From Candidatus Woesearchaeota archaeon (GTDB taxonomy: Archaea > Nanobdellota > Nanobdellia > Woesearchaeales > UBA11576), in contig JACQXV010000195.1 of assembly GCA_016208715.1 (NCBI GenBank), positions 1 to 57,604 on the forward strand: 57,604 nt of DNA, read 5' to 3'. Positions 36,806 to 44,007 of this stretch are shown piece by piece. The position numbers and the translations under genes are program-made. How positions within the stretch are numbered: the stretch's first letter is position 1; the number at the start of each line of letters is the position of its first letter. The notes beneath the pieces are model-generated. The model saw only the letters and a program-made list of their open reading frames with translations. It had not been told where the DNA came from and made no database searches.

Positions 36806-37222
36806 TTATTGCCTGCTCGCCGCCTTTTCCAGTTTTGTCTCCTTGACTGCCGGTTTTGCAGCTGGCAGTTTTGATGCAGCGGCTTTAGGCTTCTGCTTCT
36901 CTTGAGATTTTGGAGCCATAGCTTTTCGCTGTTGTGCGCGTACAGGTCGAGGCCTTGGTTTTGCTTCTTCCTTTGGTTGTGCTCTCTTTACAACAAGCTC
37001 GATTCCCAGCAACTTGAATACTCGACTTACTTCATCATGGCTTGCGCCTTGTGAAATCTCGACTGTCTGCGGTAATGGTTCAAGGTGTGAGATGTTGCAT
37101 TTACGCCTGCGGGTCTCGCCATCGATGAGGGCGTAGGACTTGTCGAGTTGGTCGACGACAACGCATTTCTTGCCAGCGTCGCGTCCTGCAGTCTTGATAC
37201 ATAATCTTCCTACTGTGATCAT
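36806..37222 (-). CDS. rpl14e: Ribosomal protein L14e with a long K/A/P-rich C-terminal extension
   Basis: MITVGRLCIKTAGRDAGKKCVVVDQLD...RRRKCNISHLEP is the KOW/L14e pattern. The roughly 60-aa tail is rich in K, A, P and Q. Start set at an internal ATG. Confidence 0.85.
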   Translation of the reverse strand: MITVGRLCIKTAGRDAGKKCVVVDQLDKSYALIDGETRRRKCNISHLEPLPQTVEISQGASHDEVSRVFKLLGIELVVKRAQPKEEAKPRPRPVRAQQRKAMAPKSQEKQKPKAAASKLPAAKPAVKETKLEKAASRQ

Positions 37223-37404
37223 GGTGTTCCCTCCTGTTATCGTTGCATAAGCGTGTTGAATGTGCAATAAGACATGCAATGAGAAAGTCTGTTAAGCTTT
37301 CTCATTTTAATGATCTTCACTCGCGCGTCGCCACGCAGTTGCATCAATGATTAAAAGAGACTATTTTAAAAGAGACTCATAAAATAAAATGGAATTACGC
37401 GGAA

Positions 37405-37674
37405 TTACGTCTGCCTTGCGCGCGCGATCATCGTGCGTCGCATACACGCACTGCATAAAACTCCGCCGTACGGTCGCTCTGGCCGCTTTTCTGTTTTTGC
37501 CAGGGTGCGGAGCTGCGTGGCCCGCACGCGAGCAACCCCTGAAAGCATTGAACCGCAGGAAGCGCACTGTGCTTTTGCACTCTTGCGCTTCTTGAAGAGC
37601 ATCGAGAGTTTTCCTCCGGGTGTTTTTCGAAACACGCGGCGTTTGGATCTAGATCGTCTGCTAGGGTTTACCAT
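37405..37674 (-). CDS. rpl34e: Ribosomal protein L34e
   Basis: 89 aa. Basic N-terminus RRSRSKRRVFRKTPGG and zinc-ribbon cysteines CASCG...CSAC. Confidence 0.9.
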   Translation of the reverse strand: MVNPSRRSRSKRRVFRKTPGGKLSMLFKKRKSAKAQCASCGSMLSGVARVRATQLRTLAKTEKRPERPYGGVLCSACMRRTMIARARQT

Positions 37675-37805
37675 GGTTCTTTACATGTTTCGTATTTTTT
37701 ATTTCGAGTTAAAGGAGACACCCCCCTTATAAATCTTTGCACAAGAAACTATCACTGGCTAGAAACAAAAGGTTTATAAGTACCTTTCACGGGAAGAACA
37801 GAGCA

Positions 37806-37820
37806 TTTAAAGGTTTAATA
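37806..37820 (+). promoter_or_regulatory. TATA-like box (TTTAAAGGTTTAATA), probably the original tfe promoter, now separated from tfe by a MITE
   Basis: It matches the recurrent AAGGTTTAWA motif and sits immediately left of the MITE target-site duplication. Without the insertion it would lie about 10-25 nt from the tfe start codons. Confidence 0.4.
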
Positions 37821-37827
37821 TTGAGGT

Positions 37828-37971
37828 GGCTCTGTCCCGAATCTGCCGCTGCCACCCTGCGAGCTGAAGCGATAAACAGGTTGCTTAAACATCCTCTCGG
37901 CAAAAGATTACCTGATATGTTCACAGCGAGCGGTGCAGCGGCCGAGCGTAAGCGAGATTCGGGACAGAGCC
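37828..37971. mobile_element. MITE-like element, A-type, 144 bp
   Basis: 17-bp perfect TIRs GGCTCTGTCCCGAATCT/AGATTCGGGACAGAGCC. An exact 9-bp TSD TATTGAGGT sits at 37819-37827 and 37972-37980. Arms are near-identical to the 7795 copy, with a different central loop. Confidence 0.88.
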
Positions 37972-37981
37972 TATTGAGGTA

Positions 37982-38500
37982 TTGCACCCATTGACAGGCA
38001 TAAAGTTATCAAACAAGCTCGTGGAAGACGTAGTTGAGGAAGTTGCAGGAGAAGATGTTCTCCCATTAGTGCGCGCACTCAAGAATAAAAAGAATATTTC
38101 TGAGTTCAAGCTTGCAGAGATGATCAGCCAAGAAGTAAACATCATCCGCAATATGCTGTACCGCCTGCACCAGGCCAACTTGGTCACGTTCACGCGCAGA
38201 AAAGATAAGAAGAAGGGATGGTACATCTACTATTGGACATTTCGCATCAAGCAGATAAAGTATTTGGCGATGAGTTTGCGCAAGACGCGCTTGGAAAAAC
38301 TGAAGGACCGGCTGAATCGCGAAAAGGAGAGTTGTTTCTTTCTGTGCCCAAATGGGTGCATGCGTCTTGATTTCGAGCAGGCGATAAGCTTCGAGTTCAA
38401 GTGTCCCGAGTGCGCGACCATCATGAACCAGGAGCATAACGAGAAAAAGATCAAGGATGTCGAGGAGGAGATCAGGAGCATTGAGAAGGAAGTTGTTTGA
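37982..38500 (+). CDS. tfe: Transcription factor E (TFIIE alpha homolog)
   Basis: Winged-helix N-terminus (EDVLPLVRALKNKKNISEFKLAEMISQEVNIIRNMLYRLHQANLV) and zinc ribbon CPNGC...CPEC. There is no ATG near the N-terminus, so a TTG start at 37982 or 37991 is implied. Confidence 0.85.
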   Translation: MHPLTGIKLSNKLVEDVVEEVAGEDVLPLVRALKNKKNISEFKLAEMISQEVNIIRNMLYRLHQANLVTFTRRKDKKKGWYIYYWTFRIKQIKYLAMSLRKTRLEKLKDRLNREKESCFFLCPNGCMRLDFEQAISFEFKCPECATIMNQEHNEKKIKDVEEEIRSIEKEVV

Positions 38501-38502
38501 TC

Positions 38503-38736
38503 GTATTTCTTGGCGGCAGCACCACCGACCCGCGAGCTAGCGGTTCTTACCGCGTCTCGTGCGATTCTCGGCTCGTTACGTGAGTTAAAACTTTACACAT
38601 TAATTCAAAATTCATCTAAAAACGGATAGTCGAAGCGACTTCGACGAAGTCGAATGTAACCTGAACGTGCCAGCTGACTTTTCAGCTGACGGCGAGCGTC
38701 GTGGCGACGCTGCAAAGTGATCTGATAAACAAATAC
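38503..38736. mobile_element. MITE-like element, B-type termini (left TIR degenerate), long form, 234 bp
   Basis: An exact 8-bp TSD GTTTGATC sits at 38495-38502 and 38737-38744; the left copy contains the tfe TGA stop. The inner module is nearly identical to the 28364 copy. Confidence 0.82.
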
Positions 38737-38793
38737 GTTTGATCAATCGGCGGCATTTTCTATCTTGCGCCTTATCTTTTCATGGTGTACTTG

Positions 38794-39768
38794 TCATTTT
38801 CTTTCGAACATCCACGTTTGTTCCTTGCGCGACACCTCGACAAAAGTTTGCGGTGCGTGAATGCCAAATTCGCTGATGATCGCAGTAATGTACTTAGGAT
38901 GGATTCGTTCAAATGCGTAATTATGGATAGCGACTCCCGCGGGCGCGTCTTTCCAGACTTCTTGTGCGTAGCGTTCCTCGATGGGCTCCTCAAAACCGAA
39001 CACGGTTTGTGGGTCAAATTTCCATGAATGGGAGAGCACGTACACTGGAATATCATATTCGTTTGCGACAAATGAGAGGAGTTCTGATCCTATCTTGTTG
39101 ATAACGTATCCTTCGGCAGTGATCGCGTCTGCACCGATGAAAAAGACATCAGATTCTTTGAGGGCGAGTCGGGCTGCAGAATCCACATAGTGAGTGACCT
39201 GAATTCCTGCCTTAGCCAGCTCTGTTGCGGTGATGCGGCCTTGATAGAGCGGGCGTGTTTCCGTGTTTTTTACAGAGAATTTTGTGTTGTTCTTGTGCGC
39301 GGTTATGAGAGCGTGCGTGACAGTACTAGAATGGCAATGTGTGAATATACGCATGTCGCTGCGGATCTTTTTTGACGCAAAGTTACTGATGATTTTGTCT
39401 GCCTCCTCAAAGTAGGAGAGTGTTTCGTTGATGCGCGAGTTGACGATGTTGATAAGCGCGTTTGATTCCATCGCCGACAATGTTTTGGATTCGCGCAGGA
39501 TTGAGTTTATTGCGTTACGAAGTGTGGGCTCTGTGGGCCGCACTGAAAAGAGCAATTCTTTTGCTACGAGAAGCCTTTTGAGGACGATTTCGCCAGGGTG
39601 GTTTGCTTTTTTTGATTGAATGAGAAGATGTTGTAGTGACGCTGCTGCCTGGCGAGCGATGTTCTGTGCCCCCTGAATCTTCAGAAATTTTATGTCAGAA
39701 ACAATGCGTAGAAATTGTGAAGGGAGTTCGTGTGTTGTTCTCGCGTTGCGCTTTGGTGCGGTGTTCAT
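38794..39768 (-). CDS. eIF-2B alpha/beta/delta family protein (possible ribose-1,5-bisphosphate isomerase)
   Basis: 324 aa. The pattern IFTHCHSSTV...LYQGRITATELAKAGIQVTH..DSA......VFFIGADAI...G.VINKIG is typical of the IF-2B family. Confidence 0.8.
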   Translation of the reverse strand: MNTAPKRNARTTHELPSQFLRIVSDIKFLKIQGAQNIARQAAASLQHLLIQSKKANHPGEIVLKRLLVAKELLFSVRPTEPTLRNAINSILRESKTLSAMESNALINIVNSRINETLSYFEEADKIISNFASKKIRSDMRIFTHCHSSTVTHALITAHKNNTKFSVKNTETRPLYQGRITATELAKAGIQVTHYVDSAARLALKESDVFFIGADAITAEGYVINKIGSELLSFVANEYDIPVYVLSHSWKFDPQTVFGFEEPIEERYAQEVWKDAPAGVAIHNYAFERIHPKYITAIISEFGIHAPQTFVEVSRKEQTWMFERK

Positions 39769-40433
39769 TGTACAACAGATGAAAGAGTGGGGGCTATGCG
39801 AGTTCTCTTGATGGCGTTCAGATGTTCGGGTGTTGGTCTGAAGAGGTATGCCTGCTCGTCGTCAAAATGCCCGCAGCGGAATTCGTAAAGAGGTATGCCT
39901 GTCCGCTTCGAGAGCATGAGTGCGTAAAAATACGTTTGACAGCTCGCGTATTTTTCTTTGTGGGCATTCGGTTTGTAATCCCATATCCAAATCTTCCCGT
40001 CGTCTTGGACTCGTAAAACATCGATGTGCCCGGAGAGGGGATTATCAGTATCAAAGAGTCTTCTGAAGAACTCAAGTTCGCGGTCGTGGAGCCAGAGAGG
40101 AATCTCGACGGCGATTGTTGCAGAGTCATTTTCAAGCATAAAGACTTCAACATTTGAGTGTGCAGTTTTATAGCGTGATTGCGAGAGTCCTTTTTTTGCG
40201 AGCTGCGAGATTTCATGGCCACGCACGGCTTGGGGCTGGATGCCGAGATCAAAGCGCAGCGTGCTCGATCGCGGTCCATTGACAAAGTAGTCGTCAGGGC
40301 ATCCGTCAAACATACTAAATAGATAATCTCGCAGTGGAAGAAGGTTATTTGTGCAAAGTTGTTTGGTTTTGGAAAGGTGGACTCGATAGTGGTAGAACCA
40401 TCCATGAGAAAAGGACGCGTGGCGGATGCTCAT
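39765..40433 (-). CDS. PD-(D/E)xK-type nuclease-like protein
   Basis: GHIDVLRVQDDGKIWIWDYKPN fits a D...(D/E)xK nuclease core. Its stop overlaps the downstream eIF-2B-like start. Start placed at the internal ATG MSIRHASF. Confidence 0.5.
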   Translation of the reverse strand: MSIRHASFSHGWFYHYRVHLSKTKQLCTNNLLPLRDYLFSMFDGCPDDYFVNGPRSSTLRFDLGIQPQAVRGHEISQLAKKGLSQSRYKTAHSNVEVFMLENDSATIAVEIPLWLHDRELEFFRRLFDTDNPLSGHIDVLRVQDDGKIWIWDYKPNAHKEKYASCQTYFYALMLSKRTGIPLYEFRCGHFDDEQAYLFRPTPEHLNAIKRTRIAPTLSSVVQ

Positions 40434-40467
40434 GGGGTGTACCACAATAATAAATGAAGAAAAGAAT

Positions 40468-40701
40468 TCAGTGCTTTTTGGAGCTTGATTTCTTTGCACT
40501 TAGCATTTTTTCGATGCGCTTTTCTTCATCAAGGACACTGAGCTCCTCACGCTCGAGTCGATTTGCTATGCGAAGAAGATTTTCGTCCATGCGCGCAATG
40601 CGCCGTTCGAGGAGTACGAGAATCCGTAAACTGTAAACAATGGCCGCCAACGTCCCAATGATGATGGCGAGCGTGACTCCTTCCAATCCTAATCCTGCCA
40701 T
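40468..40701 (-). CDS. Small membrane protein with C-terminal coiled coil (77 aa)
   Basis: MAGLGLEGVTLAIIIGTLAAIVYSL is a TM segment, followed by a charged helical tail. The upstream part of the track ORF overlaps a MITE and is unlikely to be coding. Confidence 0.4.
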   Translation of the reverse strand: MAGLGLEGVTLAIIIGTLAAIVYSLRILVLLERRIARMDENLLRIANRLEREELSVLDEEKRIEKMLSAKKSSSKKH

Positions 40702-40825
40702 AGTGTGACCTCCTTTTTGGAAGAATACTCGATTGTTATCGTAGTAATCTGGCCTATTTCTGTGCCTATTTATTAGGCTGTTGCTGGTATATAAAGCTTG
40801 CGCACGTAAACTTGGGATCTGCACC

Positions 40826-40978
40826 AAATATGCCGCCACCGACCCGCGAGCTGAAGGTTTTTAGATCATCTCGCACCATTATTTCTCGCACGATTCAGTA
40901 TGTGACTCAAGTTGAACTTGCGCAGCGAGTATCGTGGCGGCGCTGCGATAAAATCAACTAAACAAATATGGAAATCAG
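40826..40978. mobile_element. MITE-like element, degraded B-type copy (left TIR missing)
   Basis: Core GCCGCCACCGACCCGCGAGCTG ... CAGCGAGTATCGTGGCGGCGCTGC and a right terminus ACTAAACAAATA. There is no left GTATTTGTTTAGC and no TSD. Confidence 0.55.
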
Positions 40979-40997
40979 ATTGAGAATTTGTTTGTTA

Positions 40998-41813
40998 TTA
41001 CTTGGCTATCTGTTCAACAGGTTTCATGTCCTTCCATTCGTTGTCAAACAGTTGTGCAAGCGCAGTCGCGAAGAAAGGTGTGTTGACCCAAATGCCAACG
41101 TCATACGTTGGATGAACGTCTGCGTCATCTAGAAGCATAAATGTCATATGTTTCTTGTCAACAAGGCAGAAGCGTGCTTTGAGGGTGTTTGTGTGCCGCA
41201 CTTCTGCGAGGCCGCGCAGGTCCTTGAGTGCTTTTTCTGTTTCTTTGGTGAGCGGTGCTGCTATGCGCACTTTCACTTTTCTGTCTTTTGCTTTCTGCAG
41301 TGCATTCTTGAAGACATCTGCTTCGCGCGCGAGTCCCTGGCTTGTTGTCATTATGTCGACGCGGCTTTCTGCATTCTTGATCAGGGACTCGATATGATTG
41401 TAAACATTATTTCTTCCTTTGACTGCGCCGGAGAGATCGGTGGGATCAACCATTTCGACACCTTGGTTATGGAGAAGAGTGAGCTCGCCGAGGATCTCGC
41501 TTCCATGAAGGCTTTCGAGAATTTTGGTTTGTTTGTCTGCCTCTTCATTGACTTTCTTCTTGACACGTTCCAAGACTTCTTCGGGTGAAACTGCAACGTA
41601 CTTGATGGGCTTGCCCAGTTTCATGATAATGAATCCTTTCTTTTCCAGGCTTTCAAGAACGTCGTATGAACGAGACCGAGGAACATTCGCAATATCAGAC
41701 AATTCACCAGCAGTAGAAACCCCACGAGACAACAACGCAGTCCAAAGTTTGCTTTCGTAGGTGTTAAGGCCGAAATCCTTGAGTTTGTTTAAAAAATCCT
41801 TTTGAACAATCAT
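40998..41813 (-). CDS. TrmB-family transcriptional regulator (paralog 2)
   Basis: Start at MIVQKDFLNKL. Its HTH region is 100% identical at nucleotide level over 109 nt to paralog 1. The remainder is collinear but diverged. Confidence 0.8.
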   Translation of the reverse strand: MIVQKDFLNKLKDFGLNTYESKLWTALLSRGVSTAGELSDIANVPRSRSYDVLESLEKKGFIIMKLGKPIKYVAVSPEEVLERVKKKVNEEADKQTKILESLHGSEILGELTLLHNQGVEMVDPTDLSGAVKGRNNVYNHIESLIKNAESRVDIMTTSQGLAREADVFKNALQKAKDRKVKVRIAAPLTKETEKALKDLRGLAEVRHTNTLKARFCLVDKKHMTFMLLDDADVHPTYDVGIWVNTPFFATALAQLFDNEWKDMKPVEQIAK

Positions 41814-42245
41814 GTTTTCCCACAGTTTTTTGTTTGAAAGCAACGATGACGCGCGGAAACCCTTTTTTGACAAAAAGTTAAGCAAATTAAGCAAATAAGT
41901 AATAAAATGGCGTTAACGGCGTTAATTTAACTAAAAACATCTAAAATATCTTCTATATCTTCTTTTCTATATCTTCTTCCTAAACCTCTCTTAAACTGGT
42001 TTTGAACATGGCTTATTTGAAAAAGAGACGTTTTGATGTTTTCGGATATGATATTTTTGTGCGCGCCGCCAATTTTGCAAGCGTCGAAGGTATTGCGTGC
42101 GACATTTTTACTATCAGCGAGATATAACAATTATATAAACGTTTCGTTGTTGTATCTATCAATTAGTAATAAATATGTATCATGTGTATAAATATTGAGC
42201 GTTTGCTGTTTAACTGCGTATTGCTGCATATTGGCGCCTTTCTGC

Positions 42246-42524
42246 CTAGGTTGGCCGAATATCAAAATAGTCAAATTCTTCCTCTAGTGGCTCTTCCTTG
42301 ATATCAAGGGATAGGACGTTTGCTCCCATGGGCCCGCGTCGGCATGCGGAAATGAATGCGTCAATGGGTTTTTGTTCGCCCTGGACAATGATCTCGAGTT
42401 TGCCTTGCTTGGTATTTTTAGCCCATCCGGTGATGCCTAGTTTGTTCGCGTGCTGTTTTGCAAACTCTCGAAAGAAGACGTTCGTGACTTTGCCACCGAT
42501 GGAGATGTGGAGTTGTTTTTTCAT
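42246..42524 (-). CDS. acyP: Acylphosphatase
   Basis: 92 aa. GKVTNVFFREFAKQHANKLGITGWAKN...LEIIVQG fits the acylphosphatase signature. Confidence 0.85.
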   Translation of the reverse strand: MKKQLHISIGGKVTNVFFREFAKQHANKLGITGWAKNTKQGKLEIIVQGEQKPIDAFISACRRGPMGANVLSLDIKEEPLEEEFDYFDIRPT

Positions 42525-42533
42525 TTCATTTCC

Positions 42534-42902
42534 TCAAAGCGGCGTGCGCCACTGAATCTTATCGCCGTGTCTGGTCTTGGTTTTGGCGATAGTGCCCGAC
42601 GGTAATTCAATCGCGTATTGGGAAAGCTGTCGTGATTTATAGATGCGAAACGGGTGGAAATTCTCCTTAATGTCCACAACACGCCTTCTAGAATCTAAAA
42701 AGATGATATCAATCGGATAGAAAACAAAGAACATATGAAATTCTTGAACGCGGGGTTTTTTGAAAACAAAAACAAGCGAGTGTTTCTGTATATATGCTGG
42801 CGTGGTGAACATGAGTCCGAGGGACTTTGAAAGGATACTTGAACACGTGCGAAATTGCCTGCAAAGTGTTTTTCCACGAGTGGCGTTAATGATCATTTTC
42901 AT
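42534..42902 (-). CDS. DUF192-family protein
   Basis: 122 aa. The pattern ...FHMFFVFYPIDIIFLDSRRRVVDI...YAIELPSG resembles DUF192 proteins. Confidence 0.65.
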   Translation of the reverse strand: MKMIINATRGKTLCRQFRTCSSILSKSLGLMFTTPAYIQKHSLVFVFKKPRVQEFHMFFVFYPIDIIFLDSRRRVVDIKENFHPFRIYKSRQLSQYAIELPSGTIAKTKTRHGDKIQWRTPL

Positions 42903-43150
42903 GTATAGTGCATCTCTTGGGGGTTGTTCTGGAGGAGAGGAGGGTAAACCTGGGTGTGTTTGGAGGAGGAGGGAGGTTAAAACCGCGATTTACAGGGAAA
43001 GCGTCTAAAAGTCAAAGTTTCCATGGGAAATCGAGGAGGTCCTGATAGTTGAATAGTTATTATTGAACCTGTCGGTTTAAAAATAAAAGTATTTATAAAC
43101 AAGCTCGTATTTCTGTTTAAATAGTATTTAAATTTTATGGGGGTATTTTT

Positions 43151-43714
43151 ATGACGCAACGAGACATCAGCATCGTAAATATCGTGGTTTCCTCGTCTCT
43201 TGGGCACGATATTCCGCTGGAAAAAATGGCGGCAACATTATCGAACACAGAATACAATCCCGAGCAGTTTCCAGGTCTGGTTTTCCGAATCAAGGAGCCA
43301 AAGACCTCCGCATTGATTTTTAATAGCGGAAAAATCGTCTGTACTGGCGCCCGTAATATCGAGGACGTGCACAAGTCGATCAAGCAGATCATTAAAAGCC
43401 TTGAGAAGATCAATGTCAAGATCACGATCCAGCCAGTCGTTGCAATTCAGAACATTGTGGCTTCGGGCGCAGTTGGGATGGATCTTAACCTCAATAGCCT
43501 TGCGATGAAGCTACAGAACACAGAGTACGAGCCTGAGCAATTTCCGGGTCTTGTGTATAAGCTTAACATCGAGCCTCAGGGAGAGAAGTCGTTCAAGGCG
43601 ACATTTTTGCTCTTTTCAAATGGAAAAGTTGTCTGTACTGGAACGAAGAGCGAAAAGCAGGTTCACCAGGCGCTTGATCAGCTAGTCGATAATCTCAAGA
43701 AGGTTGTCAAGTAA
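43151..43714 (+). CDS. tbp: TATA-box binding protein
   Basis: Two direct repeats, each with NIV(V/A)S...(L)..TEY(N/E)PEQFPGLV(F/Y)(R/K)...F.(S/N)GK(I/V)VCTG. Confidence 0.95.
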   Translation: MTQRDISIVNIVVSSSLGHDIPLEKMAATLSNTEYNPEQFPGLVFRIKEPKTSALIFNSGKIVCTGARNIEDVHKSIKQIIKSLEKINVKITIQPVVAIQNIVASGAVGMDLNLNSLAMKLQNTEYEPEQFPGLVYKLNIEPQGEKSFKATFLLFSNGKVVCTGTKSEKQVHQALDQLVDNLKKVVK

Positions 43715-43834
43715 ATATCCTGGCTCCTGAAGCATTTGTGAAAATCTTTTCACTTTTTCAAAACAAGCTTTTTATGTAAGTGAATAAACCCAGTAGCTGT
43801 AGCTATCGAAATTGTACGAATAAGTAGAATAAAT

Positions 43835-43975
43835 GTATTTGTTTAGGCAGCGTCGCCACCGACCTGCGAGCTAACGGCTTTCACATCGCCTCGCACGATT
43901 CTCGGTTCGGTAAGCGGCTTAACTTACACAGCGAGCGTCGTGGCGACGCTGCGATGTGAGTAGCTAAACAAATAC
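43835..43975. mobile_element. MITE-like element, B-type, short form (141 bp), near-twin of the 23485 copy
   Basis: Exact TIRs. An exact 8-bp TSD GAATAAAT sits at 43827-43834 and 43976-43983. The element lies 33 nt upstream of the MCM ATG. Confidence 0.88.
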
Positions 43976-44007
43976 GAATAAATAAATAGAATAAAAAGTG
44001 TGTGACA

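Noticed and set aside
41927-42130. 67-aa ORF in the AT-rich spacer upstream of the second trmB gene
   Set aside because: I see no motif, no convincing start context, and low-complexity AT-rich DNA with short direct repeats (GGCGTTAA twice, TCTATATCTTCTT twice). It is more likely regulatory spacer, and I cannot support it as a gene.
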